From assembly GCF_001194135.2 (NCBI RefSeq), contig NC_068985.1, positions 6,586,557 to 6,650,556 on the forward strand: a DNA stretch of 64,000 bases. The letters are read 5' to 3'. A program made the position numbers and the translations under genes. Positions 48,717 to 62,341 of the stretch are shown piece after piece. Every line of letters starts with the position of its first letter. Position 1 is the first letter of the stretch. The notes beneath the pieces were generated by a model. That model ran no database searches, was not told where the DNA came from, and saw only the letters and a list, made by a program, of their open reading frames with translations. This DNA comes from Octopus bimaculoides. Lineage: Eukaryota.

Positions 48717-50862
48717 CTTTATATCTTTATATGTTTGTGTGCGCAACTTTGTCTGTGTGTATGAATTAGTATGTAAATTACTTCAAGTACATTACAAACA
48801 ACATACATCAACAAGACATAAACGACAGTAAGGTAATATTGACTGCGTTCACGTGTGTTTCGCTCTTTTATTTTTCACTCACATTTCACAGCTATTCATT
48901 GCTCTTTCGTTTTAATAAATGACGGCATCTAGTGGTTGCTATGTTGGCTATTTCTTCCAAACGAAAATGCCGTTTACAATATGTGACATTATATATAGTA
49001 TATATTTGTAATAAATATATCTATGTATATTTATTCAAACGCAACAATTGTCTTCAGCGTTTGTTTGAAACAAGATAGAATGTATCAAATGATCTTATTA
49101 TAGATGAGTGTTTAACAAAAGCAACACCATTTTTCTGAAGTTGAATTATTATAAAATAAAAAGATTGACTCCTTATAGTGATCGTTATATATTACTTTAT
49201 TTTATGGAATACACATTTGCATTTTTCGAAGTAACTTCGATTGTTAATACGTTATTGGCGTGAAATAATTAAACAACTATTGTAGTGATTGCTCATTTAA
49301 ATATAGTAATAAACAACTAGAAAATGTTCCATGAAAGATAACATTTTCGTTTTCTATCAAATACTTGAGAAGTCAAAATAATTATGTTTCTGTCATAATC
49401 AGGCATTATTGTTTATGTGAAATCTCTACGACAAGTCTAGATCCTGTCCTTAAAAACACGGCATATTTCAAGGCTTTTATATTATTGCAGCAAAAATCAA
49501 ATTACTCACAGTTTAAGCAACCTAACCGATCGTATATTTATCGTTTTCCATTTTGTTTTTCTGTCTGGCTCCATGACCGGCAAGATCAGAAAGACCTTCT
49601 TGGTTGTTATGGAGCAAGAGGGAGGAATTAAGCTGGAAGCCAGTAAGATATTATATGCAGTGATATGGCCACCTCTGCTGACCCACTAACAGGAGGGTGT
49701 CATCGTCCAGGTTCGATGTTCGTTGGATATCGTCCGAAGGTGTCAGTTCTTCCTGACCAAAGCTCCATTAATTTTGTTGATTTGGAATGTTCTTTCTTCC
49801 AGTTGTTATTTTAATTTAGTTCGTGTTTGAGAAAGATAATGAGTAAAAGAAAATGAATGCCCTATCATTTACTTGCAAAACTCATGAACGAAAAATTATA
49901 AATACTTTCAAACTTTAAATGCAATATAATAATGTATAGTTTAGAATTCTCTTAGAGAAAACTAATTTGGTAGAATCGAAAACATTTGTCTTGTAACACA
50001 GCAGATATATTGACGTTAGTAACTGACATAAATTATCTTCTTCAATGAAAACAACTATATGAAGCGTGATGTTTCTTTGTGACTAGTGCAAGTTCATTTA
50101 TAGACAGAAACAATGAGAGAACTGTTAACATCGTTAATCTATTTTAAGCGTGCTAAAACGACTGAAGACATGTAAAATTTTAATATTTGTAGAAACGACT
50201 ATCAACATTACACATCTGAACAGACTTTAACTTCCCAAACATTATAACAAGTCAGCAATAATAACACAGCATGTCTGATAGAGCTTTAGTCACTCCCAAA
50301 AGAGTTAGTAAGGCATTCAAACTGTTATTACGATAAAATATTAAACATTTGCAACCTCCCATTAACTTCACGTATATTTACATAAAATTACGTTCTGGCA
50401 TGATAATTCATCATTACTGATATTCCCAAGACGATTAAGAAACGCATATTTCGATTAAAATTCTTCTCTTACTAGTACTACAAAATACTTCCGTTAGTAC
50501 GATCGAAGTATTCATGACAAGCTACTGGCGTTGCCAAGATGTGAATTTGAAAATTAAAATCTTTAACGGTAATTATAAAATTGACTTGTGAATTTATATT
50601 CATGCATTCTTTACATTAAAATTAATTCTATATGACGTGAAGTCGTTTCCAATTTCAAGCGATTGAAACTAGTGAGAACATATTCCACCATAAATGCAAA
50701 TATATTGCAAATTTGGAAACCTTATAACACAGGAGAAAATCACATCAACCACATTGTTTTCTTATTGATATTCCGGAAGCTAAGTGTTGATGTCGGGCCA
50801 GATTTTCACAATAATTATGTGTACAAAGGGAAGATTGAGCAGTGAAGTTTGTTCCACTGAGA

Positions 50863-50865
<3 letters not shown>

Positions 50866-50926
<61 letters not shown>
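50866..50926. repeat. (CT)n microsatellite running into a gap
   Basis: Direct read. Confidence 0.95.
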
Positions 50927-52219
50927 NNNNNNNNNNNNNNNNNNNNNNNNNNNNNNNNNNNNNNNNNNNNNNNNNNNNNNNNNNNNNNNNNNNNNNNNNN
51001 NNNNNNNNNNNNNNNNNNNNNNNNNNNNNNNNNNNNNNNNNNNNNNNNNNNNNNNNNNNNNNNNNNNNNNNNNNNNNNNNNNNNNNNNNNNNNNNNNNNN
51101 NNNNNNNNNNNNNNNNNNNNNNNNNNNNNNNNNNNNNNNNNNNNNNNNNNNNNNNNNNNNNNNNNNNNNNNNNNNNNNNNNNNNNNNNNNNNNNNNNNNN
51201 NNNNNNNNNNNNNNNNNNNNNNNNNNNNNNNNNNNNNNNNNNNNNNNNNNNNNNNNNNNNNNNNNNNNNNNNNNNNNNNNNNNNNNNNNNNNNNNNNNNN
51301 NNNNNNNNNNNNNNNNNNNNNNNNNNNNNNNNNNNNNNNNNNNNNNNNNNNNNNNNNNNNNNNNNNNNNNNNNNNNNNNNNNNNNNNNNNNNNNNNNNNN
51401 NNNNNNNNNNNNNNNNNNNNNNNNNNNNNNNNNNNNNNNNNNNNNNNNNNNNNNNNNNNNNNNNNNNNNNNNNNNNNNNNNNNNNNNNNNNNNNNNNNNN
51501 NNNNNNNNNNNNNNNNNNNNNNNNNNNNNNNNNNNNNNNNNNNNNNNNNNNNNNNNNNNNNNNNNNNNNNNNNNNNNNNNNNNNNNNNNNNNNNNNNNNN
51601 NNNNNNNNNNNNNNNNNNNNNNNNNNNNNNNNNNNNNNNNNNNNNNNNNNNNNNNNNNNNNNNNNNNNNNNNNNNNNNNNNNNNNNNNCAATAGATATAT
51701 ATTATCCATATAAATAAATACAGTGTACATTTAAACACATAAGAGAGATGTCTATAAAAGGATATCTAACCCGCTACAAGGAGCAGTCAACCTCCAAACC
51801 ACAATTAGGGATAATTTCGAAAGTGAATGAAAAATAAAAACGTTTACCATCTATTTCCTGAACCATGGTTTCAAGCTATTTTCAGCAAAATAAAATAATT
51901 TGCTATGCCAACTATCATCAGCAGGAAAGCCAAGATTAACATATAAACACGAGGCAATACATAGAAACATGCGTGCTTATATATTATAAGTTTTCATATC
52001 TACCGCGCATGTGCGGTTTTCTTATCGGCAGTAAATATTAAAAATGCCGATTTTCTTCCAGGCATGTTTGACTAGTACTAGAGGTTAGGTTTTTTTTATA
52101 GTTAAGAGGCCTGGGTAGAGGAAGAAAGAGAATTAGATATATTCCGATAAAATATTCATAAATAGGAAAATTTAACAAGTTTGTTTTAGAATGTTCCTTA
52201 GTTCAATTCTGAACAGAGT

Positions 52220-52630
52220 CACTAAAATATAATGTATAAATTGTGCCAGAGGGCCTATGTTGTATACAGCTGCGGCAAATATGATGGATCCTACATAGGA
52301 AGCACAATACAAAAACTACACATACGAGTAAAAGAAGATATACTGAGACATTTCAGTGACGAAACATCTATGAAAATGCTAGAACCGAGAGTTCACAGCG
52401 CACATCAGGGCAACGCAGTGCAACAGGGGCAATCTCCAAAACCATATTAATACACCAACGGAAGCCGACTATCAACAAAAGAACAAAGTTAGTTGAAGCT
52501 AGCTGGTTGCTATAACAACAACCTTCCGCGCATATCTACTCCCTACATACACACATGTACATCTGCAACATTCGTTAACTCACGGGGAAGGTTACATTTG
52601 AAAACTCACTAATCTCTGACGAGGTGGGGA
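52220..52630 (+). mobile_element. Penelope-like GIY-YIG relic and 3' tail
   Basis: VVYSCGKYDGSYIGSTIQKLHIRVKEDI; TILIHQRKPTINK; CTGACGAGG remnant at about 52617. Confidence 0.7.
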
Positions 52631-52649
52631 TAGCCATATATTATTTTAG

Positions 52650-52834
52650 GTCTTTTATTCCTTTACTTGTTTCAGTCATTTCATTGCGGCCATGCTGGAG
52701 CACTGCCTTTAGTCGAACAAATCGACCCTAAGGCATCTTTTTATAAGCCTAGTACTTATTCTATCGGTCACTTTTGCCGAAACGTAAATTTGCGGGACCT
52801 AAACACAGCAACATCGGTTGCAAAGTGATGGTGG
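52650..52834 (-). mobile_element. SINE family A 3' half
   Basis: CTTGTTTCAGTCATT...GGCCATGCTGGAGCACTGCC...AAGCCTAGTACTTATTCTATCGG. Confidence 0.9.
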
Positions 52835-53189
52835 NNNNNNNNNNNNNNNNNNNNNNNNNNNNNNNNNNNNNNNNNNNNNNNNNNNNNNNNNNNNNNNNNN
52901 NNNNNNNNNNNNNNNNNNNNNNNNAAGAATTTACTTTTCGTAATGAGATAAAGTAACCAAGGCTGCTGTGTAGATGTTACAACATTTATAAAGAGGTCCT
53001 ACACCTGTTTCCAGGGTATTTATTATATCTCTTAATCGGAGACGGTGTGAAAAGATGGTTAAGCAATAGTTAATAGTTAATAGTGTGTATGTGTATGTGT
53101 ATACGTGTGTGTGCGTGTGCACGGATGTCTGTGCGTTTGTCGATGAATGTATACGATACCCTTAGGTAAACAAATAAAAGAGTTGCAGT

Positions 53190-54000
53190 GAAATTTAACA
53201 TCGCGCCTGATGTCGATACGATAATACAAGAACAATCGTCCAGCTAAACCAATATCCCACACGATTATGGTATGGAAACGATCACCTTCTGGCTAGCCAA
53301 ATAGCAGGGAACAGATCCCAGGACGCATCAACAACAGATTCATAATCGCAGCACTCATCCTCCTGAATGTGGAATTGCAATGGGAACCTAAGCTGCTTCA
53401 ATGATTGCGAACCTTGTAATGGGTTACCTAGAGCTTAAAATGTATCACTCATCACTACACAAATATGGCACCTAATTTCGTTGCTATTTAAAGGGGAACT
53501 GGAAGAGGTATTTGGACGATTGCTTTATAATTTGCAAAGTCATCATAAACAAACTCCTCGATTTCAAAATAATGCTCTAGAAAGAACAAAACCGCCACTC
53601 GCAATACAGACAGATACAGGCCAGTGGACACATAGAATGGTGTGCTAGGAATCTTAATCCTAATTTCCTAATTTTCCTCTTCTATCAATGTTCACAAAAC
53701 ACCTCAGTACAAAAAAAGAATAAATAAAGAGGCAACTTCCATCAATAAATATCTTCCACAACTAAATATGGACACATAACATAATACAGAACATTACTAA
53801 CCTTTCAATCAATACCACTAACCTCCAAACATCCCATACAGCATTCACATTACAGATCTATATCTACCCTAATTGCACCAAATCTAGAACTACTTACCTC
53901 CCTTACATATAAACTAGTAGACCTGACACCGTGTGCGCATTCAAAGCAATGATTAAAAACTTTACGAAACCGGTATGCTTTTGAATCTCTTTAACAATCC
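53190..54000 (+). mobile_element. Penelope-like reverse transcriptase relic
   Basis: TNIPHDYGMETITFWL; GIAMGT*AASMIANLVMGYLE; NWKRYLDDCFII (YLDD at 53509-53520); degenerate downstream tail. Confidence 0.85.
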
Positions 54001-54224
54001 ACAATAATGATTTCTATTACTTTTATTCCTACTTCAGTTCATCTAATTGTATATATCTATCATTACTTTTCATAAAAAGCCTTTACTTTTTTTTTTATTT
54101 CCAATGTGCATTTTCGCTTATTTTCTTCTTATTTTCCCCTTACATTTCCACGTGTAGTTTCTATTTTTGTTTTTGTAGCATATTTCTATTACATGTATAT
54201 ATTACCGTTTATATTTTTTATCTT

Positions 54225-54270
54225 TAACTTGTTTCAGTCATTAGACTGCGGTTACGCTGGAGCACCCGCT
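54225..54270 (-). mobile_element. SINE family A tail fragment
   Basis: CTTGTTTCAGTCATTAGACTGCGG...CTGGAGCACC. Confidence 0.75.
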
Positions 54271-54282
54271 TCCATATACAAC

Positions 54283-54404
54283 ATATGGAACACTTCACGA
54301 ATTTGTGAGCAATCCTTGCGCAGGGGTCATGCTAATCGTCTCTACATCGTTCCAAATTTAGCATAATTTAGCATATCTGCATTATATAACTTGCCGAAGC
54401 AAGT
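54283..54404 (-). pseudogene. U6: U6 snRNA pseudogene, full span, with insertions and substitutions
   Basis: Minus strand ACTTGCTTCGGCA...TTGGAACGATGTAGAGACGATTAGCATGACCCCTGCGCAAGGATTGCTCACAAATTCGTGAAGTGTTCCATAT matches conserved U6; ACAGAGA box mutated; no oligo-T end. Confidence 0.9.
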
Positions 54405-54696
54405 TATATAATAGAGATATAAATACATATTTACTTATTATTTACATGCGAAAGTAAGCGGTTACGTAATTTGTCTATCCCAAAATGGCTCGGAAGCGGT
54501 GTAATCACGAGAAAAACGAATTTGACTTACGAAACCTGTGTGCCCCCCCACCCCACAAAATGTTGACCATAAATCATGATAAAATATAATTTTCTACAAG
54601 AAATTACTTAACTTTTTAAATCGACAAATCTCCCACGCTCTACCTCTCGAACCAAAGTATCTGTCTATATATACTTAGAATACTCTTTGACACACA

Positions 54697-54742
<46 letters not shown>

Positions 54743-57329
54743 ATATGTATTAGTTCTTGTGTATTACTTTCATTATGTTTAAAACTTCATCTTATAACGT
54801 TTACCTTCATTTTTTGACAACTATTACGCAATGAATCACTAGCTCGGATTTAGTGTGAAAAAGAACATCAATATACCAAGTTTGGAAATGTCCACTTAAT
54901 CTTGAAATTTCAAAATCTGTGACAGCAGCAGAAAAACTATCTTTCTATCTTTCTGCCTCTCTCTTTCTCTTTCTCTCTTTCTCTCATTTTTCGCTTTCTT
55001 CATAGTCGTAGTAGCACCAATAGAGACAATTACACATAGCAGCCATGAAATAGAAAACTGTTTTACATTATTAGAGATATGAGTATAGACAGGAAAGAGA
55101 GAAACAAATGAACAACATCGAAAAATCAGAGCACAGACTGAAACATAATTAGTCTGCGAGTGTGAGCGCTGATAAGATTGATTTAAATTCTGGCATTGAA
55201 AATAAAACAAGAGTTACAATACCATGACCTACAAATCTTGATGGAAATGTTAGCGACTTTGAAATTAAGTTTACGAAAATTTCCTGTCAGAGAAAACAAG
55301 TGGATGTACATAAACGAGTCCGACTTGTTGTTAAATATATTTAATAAAGAGTGGACGTAAAGAAAAATAAACATGCATTTGACTAGTGAAGAGTATGGAG
55401 GCCGTAAAACTTTAGACAACGAAATGAGGGAAAATCTTCTCGACAAAAGAGAGATTGCAACGCTGTCGCCGTTAGTTGCAATGTATATTCTAGCGCCAAA
55501 TTTGTGATATTCAGGGTTATAACCAGAGACATTCATTCATGTTTCCGTTTCCTCTCTCTAACACAATGAGGGGAGATTGCGACTGCAGAGATCAGGAATA
55601 TAATACGTAGTTGGAGAACTTAATGCATCTTCACACAGTCTAAGAAGCTATCTTAAAGTTGTGCGCCATCACGTTCAGAGAAAGCAGAAATATAAAAATA
55701 ACTGTGAAGAGAAGAACGTATAAAGTTTAGGCATATATCACTAAGAAAACATTTGGAAGGAGTTCTGCTTCAATAAACATGGCACGCCAGAGTAGAGCCA
55801 GGGAGTCGTCACCAGTAGCAAAACAGGCAACAAATACAATGGGTTTCGGAGGATGTTGTTCCTGTAATGCAGTAATGATTCTAATGAATAAAATAGCGAG
55901 GATATTTCAAAAGCTTCTCCTCATTCCAAGAACAAAGATCCTGATCTAAGGTGGAGTTCACTCTAATAAATCTGGGAAATCCACAACAGCATAAACATAT
56001 TCAGTGACTCTGCAAAAGTAATTGAACAGAATTCACCGTTCATAAGACTAAACCCCCAAGAAAACAAGCGAAGAGAACTTCATCCGATAGTACCAAAAAT
56101 TGAGAAGTTCCCCTGTTATCCTGCAAGTCTTAGTGGTGTGCATTTCCAGCATGGATCTGATGACCTTTGATGACCTAAAATTGGAATTCAGTCACGAAAG
56201 CACTTATTCAGTATTGGGAATTCTGAGAACAAATGTTCGCATTCACCCTGTTTAGTCATCAAGTAGTCCTGAGTTTTGATTATATAAATCTTACTCAATA
56301 TTAACAGCCATAAATATTAAGCTTTTCCAATTAGCCTTCCCGGCACTATTGACTGTGTCATGCATTTTATTCGAACCATTTCTGATATGACAGTGTATGA
56401 ATTATCAGTTGTGTAATTGTAAGTTAGGGTTTTCTAATGTGGTCGTATTCTTACCAACTTCATAACATTGTCTAGGTTTTCCTTGACTTCTTTTGACAAC
56501 TTAGTTCCGTTTTCACCTTTGTAACCAAATATGAAGTTTAATCAGTCACCACAAATACCCATTCATACGTCTATTGCTTCTGTCACATTTGGGGTGTTAG
56601 TTCTTGAATTGGTTCTCTTCAAATGTTAGAAAAGCGCTGATGAGATACAAAGCCTGTGCTATGTTGAAATTGATTTACTGATTCACTGTAACTCATTATC
56701 ATCATTCATTTTCCACTTATACTTTGCTTGATCTTGTTTATCGCTAAAGTAAACACTTAAACATACAACTTTTACTTCCTTTCAACTTAAAACTTTCCAT
56801 TTGCTTATGTGAATTATTTATGCGACTTACAAATTTGCTGAGATCTCCTCCTTTTCATCAATAGTCTTCCTTCAATCTAATATCTAAGCTTTTACACCCA
56901 ACTTTTCGACGACCAGTACCTCACCAACACAGATTAAATTAAGGAAGTCAGTAACTTTTCTAGTTTCAACATGCTCTATGGCATTATCAGAAATTTTGTT
57001 TCAGTTAGGAGTTTTCCTCTGTTAATGCATCTCCATTTTAATGGCTTTATGCATTCTTAATTATTTAGAATTCTTTACATTCGGATTAAACTATTTCACT
57101 TTCCTTCATATAATCCTTCAGACATTATACAACGTTACACGTCCATATCATTAGAATGTATTTCCGTCAAAAGTATTATTGTTAATTCCATTATCAGTAA
57201 ATTCATACTGTGTACCTCGAAGACCTCTTTGACTAGATACAGTACATTCAAACATAGAAAGTCACTTCGTAAATATCAGAGACAAAATGTGCGATTGTGT
57301 TCTTTCTGCCTCCAGGCAGTAAGCAGAAG

Positions 57330-58070
57330 TTAGGTAGTCCATAGGTGTCCAACGACGTTAACGTCTGTGTTCTCAGCGAAGACAGCGCATATGACACCGC
57401 GTTCCAAAGCTGGAGGGACACTGGCGCCCACAGATGTCATAACGATCGTCTGTTGACTGGATTGGAACGGATGCTGCCCAGTGACATCTTTCTCTTGCAG
57501 CATCGAGACACTGTTACCGGTCCTCTTCGAAGGAAGCTGCTGCTGAGGAGGTGCTATGTCTCATGAGGTGCTCTACACTGCCATACCTGCGGCAGAGGCT
57601 TCGAGTTTGCGTGGACTAATGTCGTTCCATTTCAGGTTACTTTTCAGCGCATCGCTGTATCCTAGTTCAGGTCTTCCTCATTTGCGAGGGCCCTGGGAGA
57701 TCCCTGGGAGAGCCCTGGGAGAGCCCTAGGAGAGCCCTGTGTGAGATCGCCGTACAACAGCTGTCAGCGTTCACGTTCCTCAGTCATTTTGATGACATTG
57801 TCAGTCCAGCGTAAGTGAGACTTGAGCAGCATTAACTCAATACTTGTTGAACAAACTGTCCAGTACAGTTTTGGTTCGCCACACTGTCCTGCCAGAGAAT
57901 GTCCATGATTCTGCACAGTGTTCTTGAGCGAAAGCGGTCTAGCTGTTTGATGTGCCAACGGTATGGGGGTCCATGTTTGACATCCACAGAATAGTGTAGA
58001 GATGACTACAGCCTTGTAGATCTTGAGCTTTGTCGACAGTCTGATTCCTTTCTTGTGGCAGATTTTCATT
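57330..58070 (-). mobile_element. RTE-clade LINE 3' end relic
   Basis: IRLSTKLKIYKAVVISTLFCGCQTWT; SIELMLLKSHLRWTDNVIKM; GRPELGYSDALKSNLK; terminal DICGRQCPSSFGTRCHMR. Confidence 0.85.
57691..57745. repeat. 11-bp minisatellite (CCCTGGGAGAG) x5 inside the RTE relic
   Basis: Units start at 57691, 57702, 57713, 57724 and 57735. Confidence 0.9.
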
Positions 58071-58814
58071 TTCTGTCTCCCAATGATCTATTTCACTCTC
58101 CAATGATCCATCAACTGAGATCGATCAGTCAAGGTACCTCAAACTCTCTATACACTTAAATCGGACTCCTTACTAATTAGCTCCCAGTCAATAAATCTGT
58201 ATGTCCATGTGTCGGCTTCTTCTTCCCTGTCATCTTCCTGTCTATTTCTTCCAAACACTGAAACACGCAAGGTTCTTTATAACTCAACGCAGTGACGAAA
58301 ACGTTTCCCGGGAAGCTACGATGCACCTAATGAGTATATAAATAAAACAATTACACCACATAATGTTTATATTATCAGAACTGCTTTTAAATCAAAATTT
58401 AATCTTTTCCCACCTGTGCTACAGCACAGCTCATTAGTAAATAGACTTAGTATATATANNNNNNNNNNNNNNNNNNNNNNNNNNNNNNNNNNNNNNNNNN
58501 NNNNNNNNNNNNNNNNNNNNNNNNNNNNNNNNNNNNNNNNNNNNNNNNNNNNNNNNNNNNNNNNNNNNNNNNNNNNNNNNNNNNNNNNNNNNNNNNNNNN
58601 NNNNNNNNNNNNNNNNNNNNNNNNNNNNNNNNNNNNNNNNNNNNNNNNNNNNNNNNNNNNNNNNNNNNNNNNNNNNNNNNNNNNNNNNNNTATATATATA
58701 AATATATGTACATATATATACATATATGTGTGTGTGAGTGTGTGCATGCGTGCGTGTATGTCTCTGTGCGTGCGTGAGTGTGTGTGTATTCATACGTATA
58801 TATATATATATATA

Positions 58815-59005
58815 TATACGTTTCTGTGTTTGTCCCCAAGCATCGCTTGACAACCGACGCTGGTGTGTTTACGTCCCCGTAACCTAGTGGTTGGGCAAAA
58901 AGAAACCGATCGAATAAGTACAAAGAATAAGTCCTGGAGTCGATTTCCTCGACTAAATTTAGTGCCCCAGCATGGCCGCAGTTAAATGACTGAAACAAGT
59001 AAAGA
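58815..59005 (+). mobile_element. SINE family A 3' half
   Basis: CATCGCTTGACAACCGACGCTGGTGTGTTTACGTCCCCG...CAGCATGGCCGCAG..AATGACTGAAACAAG. Confidence 0.9.
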
Positions 59006-60601
59006 GTAATCTTCTAGCGTAGGAACTAGCGGAAGTATGAGCGATAGATGGACCTGTAGTGTTCAGTACTTCTAATGGATTTCAAAATGTGAATACCAAA
59101 CCAAATTCAATATATAAGATACTCGATCTTATAATATATAAAGAAAAAAAGGAAAAAATGAGGCTGTCAAAGTCATTGGGTGTTCCTACAGATGCAATAC
59201 ACATTGCCACTGTGTTAAGCTTAAGGTAAGGCACCGAAGTGTGTAAGTATAAGTGCATTTGTATATGTCATTTCAAATGGACACATTCATATGAAGGTGA
59301 CGTGGGAAACGCTTTGTAAAATCAATCGTGAAATGGGTTCGAAATATTTGTGAAACACTTGTATGCGTTTATTAAGAATTTATCAAGAAATTTGCATATG
59401 TTTATTTATTTTTGATTTGAAGGATTATATTAGAGACTAGCAGTCTATAATACAGATGATATTTGTTAGAATCGACGCTGAAATGAAGTCTGTTTGGAAA
59501 GATTATGCACAATTTAATAAATACAAAGCATAGATGAAGCAGATAGTTGTTATGCTTATCAAAGTGTGTGTGTTCATGTCTGCGTGTATGTGTGTGCGTG
59601 TATGTGTGCGTGTATATGTGTGTATGCGTGCATGTGTGTATATGCGTATGGCTGGTAAAAAATTTTGATAAGTATACGTACTGGTTATGTACGTTTGTAA
59701 CCTTTATTTAAACGCGTTCAATGTCTTGGAGGAAAAGACGATGGATGAACTAGTTTGGCATTTTACGTTGCGAAACAGGAAAGCAAGAAATACTCGGCTC
59801 ACATTCAAAAATATTTTTCATACTTTTAATTCATATTCTTCCATTAGCAAGGACCCCTATATCTTAAATTAGGAAACATGCCATATTCAATAATTTTGTC
59901 ATGCACCATTGCTACCTGAAAAGTATAATATTGCTTTTATATTTCTTTTCATATTTTCTTCTTTTGCGTAAAATATTTCATTTTTAATTCAAGGTTACTT
60001 CAGCAAGGCAATAATGGAATGACATCTACATTTTAAAATATATTCAAAAGTAAATAATATAAATCGAAGAAAAATTCGAAATTTTAACTATGTTTCTTTC
60101 ATTACAAGCATAGTGTTACGGAAATGATTTTCGGGAGAAAAAGTAAAAATAATGACGCCATTACTAATGGTAAAATTTTTCATCTGAATTATATCATGTA
60201 TTTTTTCCGTGTTCAATGCATAGAATTTATTGTGCTAGTAGATGGATTGCAGCTACTTCACAGAGAGTTCAATTGAACATAGGCATCCTGTTTTTATCTC
60301 ATCAACAGATAGATTCTATTTTATCTCAGTGAAATGCATTTATATTTTCCTACATGCTGGACATTTCTATTATTAATAAAACCTTACTTTTCCATATTGT
60401 AATAAGTTAGATAGCTTTCTTCAATGTGCAACGAAATGTCTTTTATAAAAATACATGATGGGATTTTCTAGAAAAGAAGAATAAAGAAATGAAAATATGT
60501 GGATTTTTATTATAATTTTTTTTTTGTCAAGAATCAGCAAATATATTTGATGAAAGAAGGCCTGGTAAAATTAAATAATGTCACCTTCGTTATGGCTTTT
60601 A

Positions 60602-60646
<45 letters not shown>

Positions 60647-61119
60647 TAAAACGCATTTACAAAAGCTAGAACAAAAAACAAAATTTAAAATGAAATCTGT
60701 CATATCTTTTTAAATTTTGTTTATTTTNNNNNNNNNNNNNNNNNNNNNNNNNNNNNNNNNNNNNNNNNNNNNNNNNNNNNNNNNNNNNNNNNNNNNNNNN
60801 NNNNNNNNNNNNNNNNNNNNNNNNNNNNNNNNNNNNNNNNNNNNNNNNNNNNNNNNNNNNNNNNNNNNNNNNNNNNNNNNNNNNNNNNNNNNNNNNNNNN
60901 NNNNNNNNNNNNNNNNNNNNNNNNNNNNNNNNNNNNNNNNNNNNNNNNNNNNNNNNNNNNNNNNNNNNNNNNNNNNNNNNNNNNNNNNNNNNNNNNNNNN
61001 NNNNNNNNNNNNNNNNNNNNNNNNNNNNNNNNNNNNNNNNNNNNNNNNNNNNNNNNNNNNNNNNNNNNNNNNNNNNNNNNNNNNNNNNNNNNNNNNNNNN
61101 NNNNNNNNNNNNNNNNNNN

Positions 61120-61169
<50 letters not shown>

Positions 61170-61936
61170 GCACATATATGCACTTCTGTGCATTTGTTTT
61201 CATTTGTGCATTTGTACATCACTCACCCTATATTTATATACATATAAGCGAAGCGTTAGTTTTTATTATATGTGTGTATCTCTACATACAGTTTTCTTCC
61301 ATATGACCATATATATATAGAAATTGGTTGTTTATAGTCTTAATTTGTAAATTATAGTCAACTAGAGTTGCATACAATTTTATAGAAAATATAATTCATG
61401 GTTCTGTAAAAACACATGACAAAATATTTTCATTTCCTTACTGATCACATATTCATATCCCCAGAAATATGCATAAATATAAAGATGTCTTTTTTCATAT
61501 CAAATATTTTGAGTCCATTCTTTAAAATATTTTGCTGTCGTCTTCGTAGTGTACAGTGAATGTAATATATATTTACATAATTTTTTTTTCTCTAAAGAAC
61601 CAGGTATTCTCTGTTTATTTGTTAATCTTTAAGTTAGTTTTCTAGAATATTCATCTCTGAAGTATAAATGCTTCTATGTTTTCGTTAACGTGAAAACGGT
61701 TTGTAATTTGGTGTATTCGTCTGGATTTTCAATCATTAAGACAAATTAATATATTATACTTCGCAGTATGGCAGATACGAAGATCGTCCTCTGCGTTCTT
61801 CTACATGCTTCTTTCATTCTTTCATTCTTTCATTCTTTTATTCTTTTCAGTTCTATATTTAAGAGTTGAGGAATTATGTACATTATTTACCTTATTTACA
61901 TTTGACTGATATTTGTCCTCATCTTGTTTGTTGTTA

Positions 61937-61980
61937 ACACAACGTTTAGTCTGATATACCCACCAGCCTTCATCAGGTGT
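61937..61980 (-). ncRNA. Mutated hammerhead motif (left arm)
   Basis: ACAC CTGATGA A GGCTG-GTGGGTATAT-CAGAC TAA ACGT T GTGT; G12 changed to U and one stem II mismatch. Confidence 0.6.
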
Positions 61981-62037
61981 CTCGGAGAAATTTCCAACCT
62001 GAGTTCTCATTCCTATGGTATTTATTTTTCGATGTTG

Positions 62038-62085
<48 letters not shown>

Positions 62086-62296
62086 GGGTCACCGTCTGGA
62101 ATCGAACTCGGAGTCTTGGGGTTAGTAGCCCGCGCTCTTAACCACTACGGGCATATGGCCGTAGCGGTTAAGAGCGTGGGCTACTAACCCCATGATTCCG
62201 ATTTCGTTTCCAGGTAGTGACCTAAATAATAATAATAACAACAACAACAACGAAAATACCTTAGTAATAAGAACCCAGGTTCGAAATTTTCCCAAT

Positions 62297-62341
62297 ACAC
62301 CTGATGAAGGCTGGGGATAATGTCAGCCGAAACGTTGTGTG
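62297..62341 (+). ncRNA. Minimal type I hammerhead motif (right arm), core intact
   Basis: ACAC CTGATGA A GGCTG-GGGATAATGT-CAGCC GAA ACGT T GTGT: 4-5-bp stem I, 5-bp stem II, palindromic ACGU stem III, GUU triplet. Confidence 0.75.

Noticed and set aside
55183-55536. 117-aa minus ORF with ARIY..NGD, faintly TRAF/MATH-like
   Set aside because: Lacks the other conserved MATH residues (WPF, GxxD) and clear splice sites
59159-59226. Short plus ORF ending at a strong AAG|GTAAGG donor
   Set aside because: Single short candidate with no recognisable product or partner exon
833-61247. Long ORFs in the track spanning N runs or made of YI, HT, CV, SL or poly-I/T/S/A repeats
   Set aside because: Artefacts of assembly gaps and microsatellites, not proteins
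62157-62225. tRNA-like sequences here and in the SINE heads as true tRNA genes
   Set aside because: No complete cloverleaf or acceptor stem; they run straight into repeat bodies
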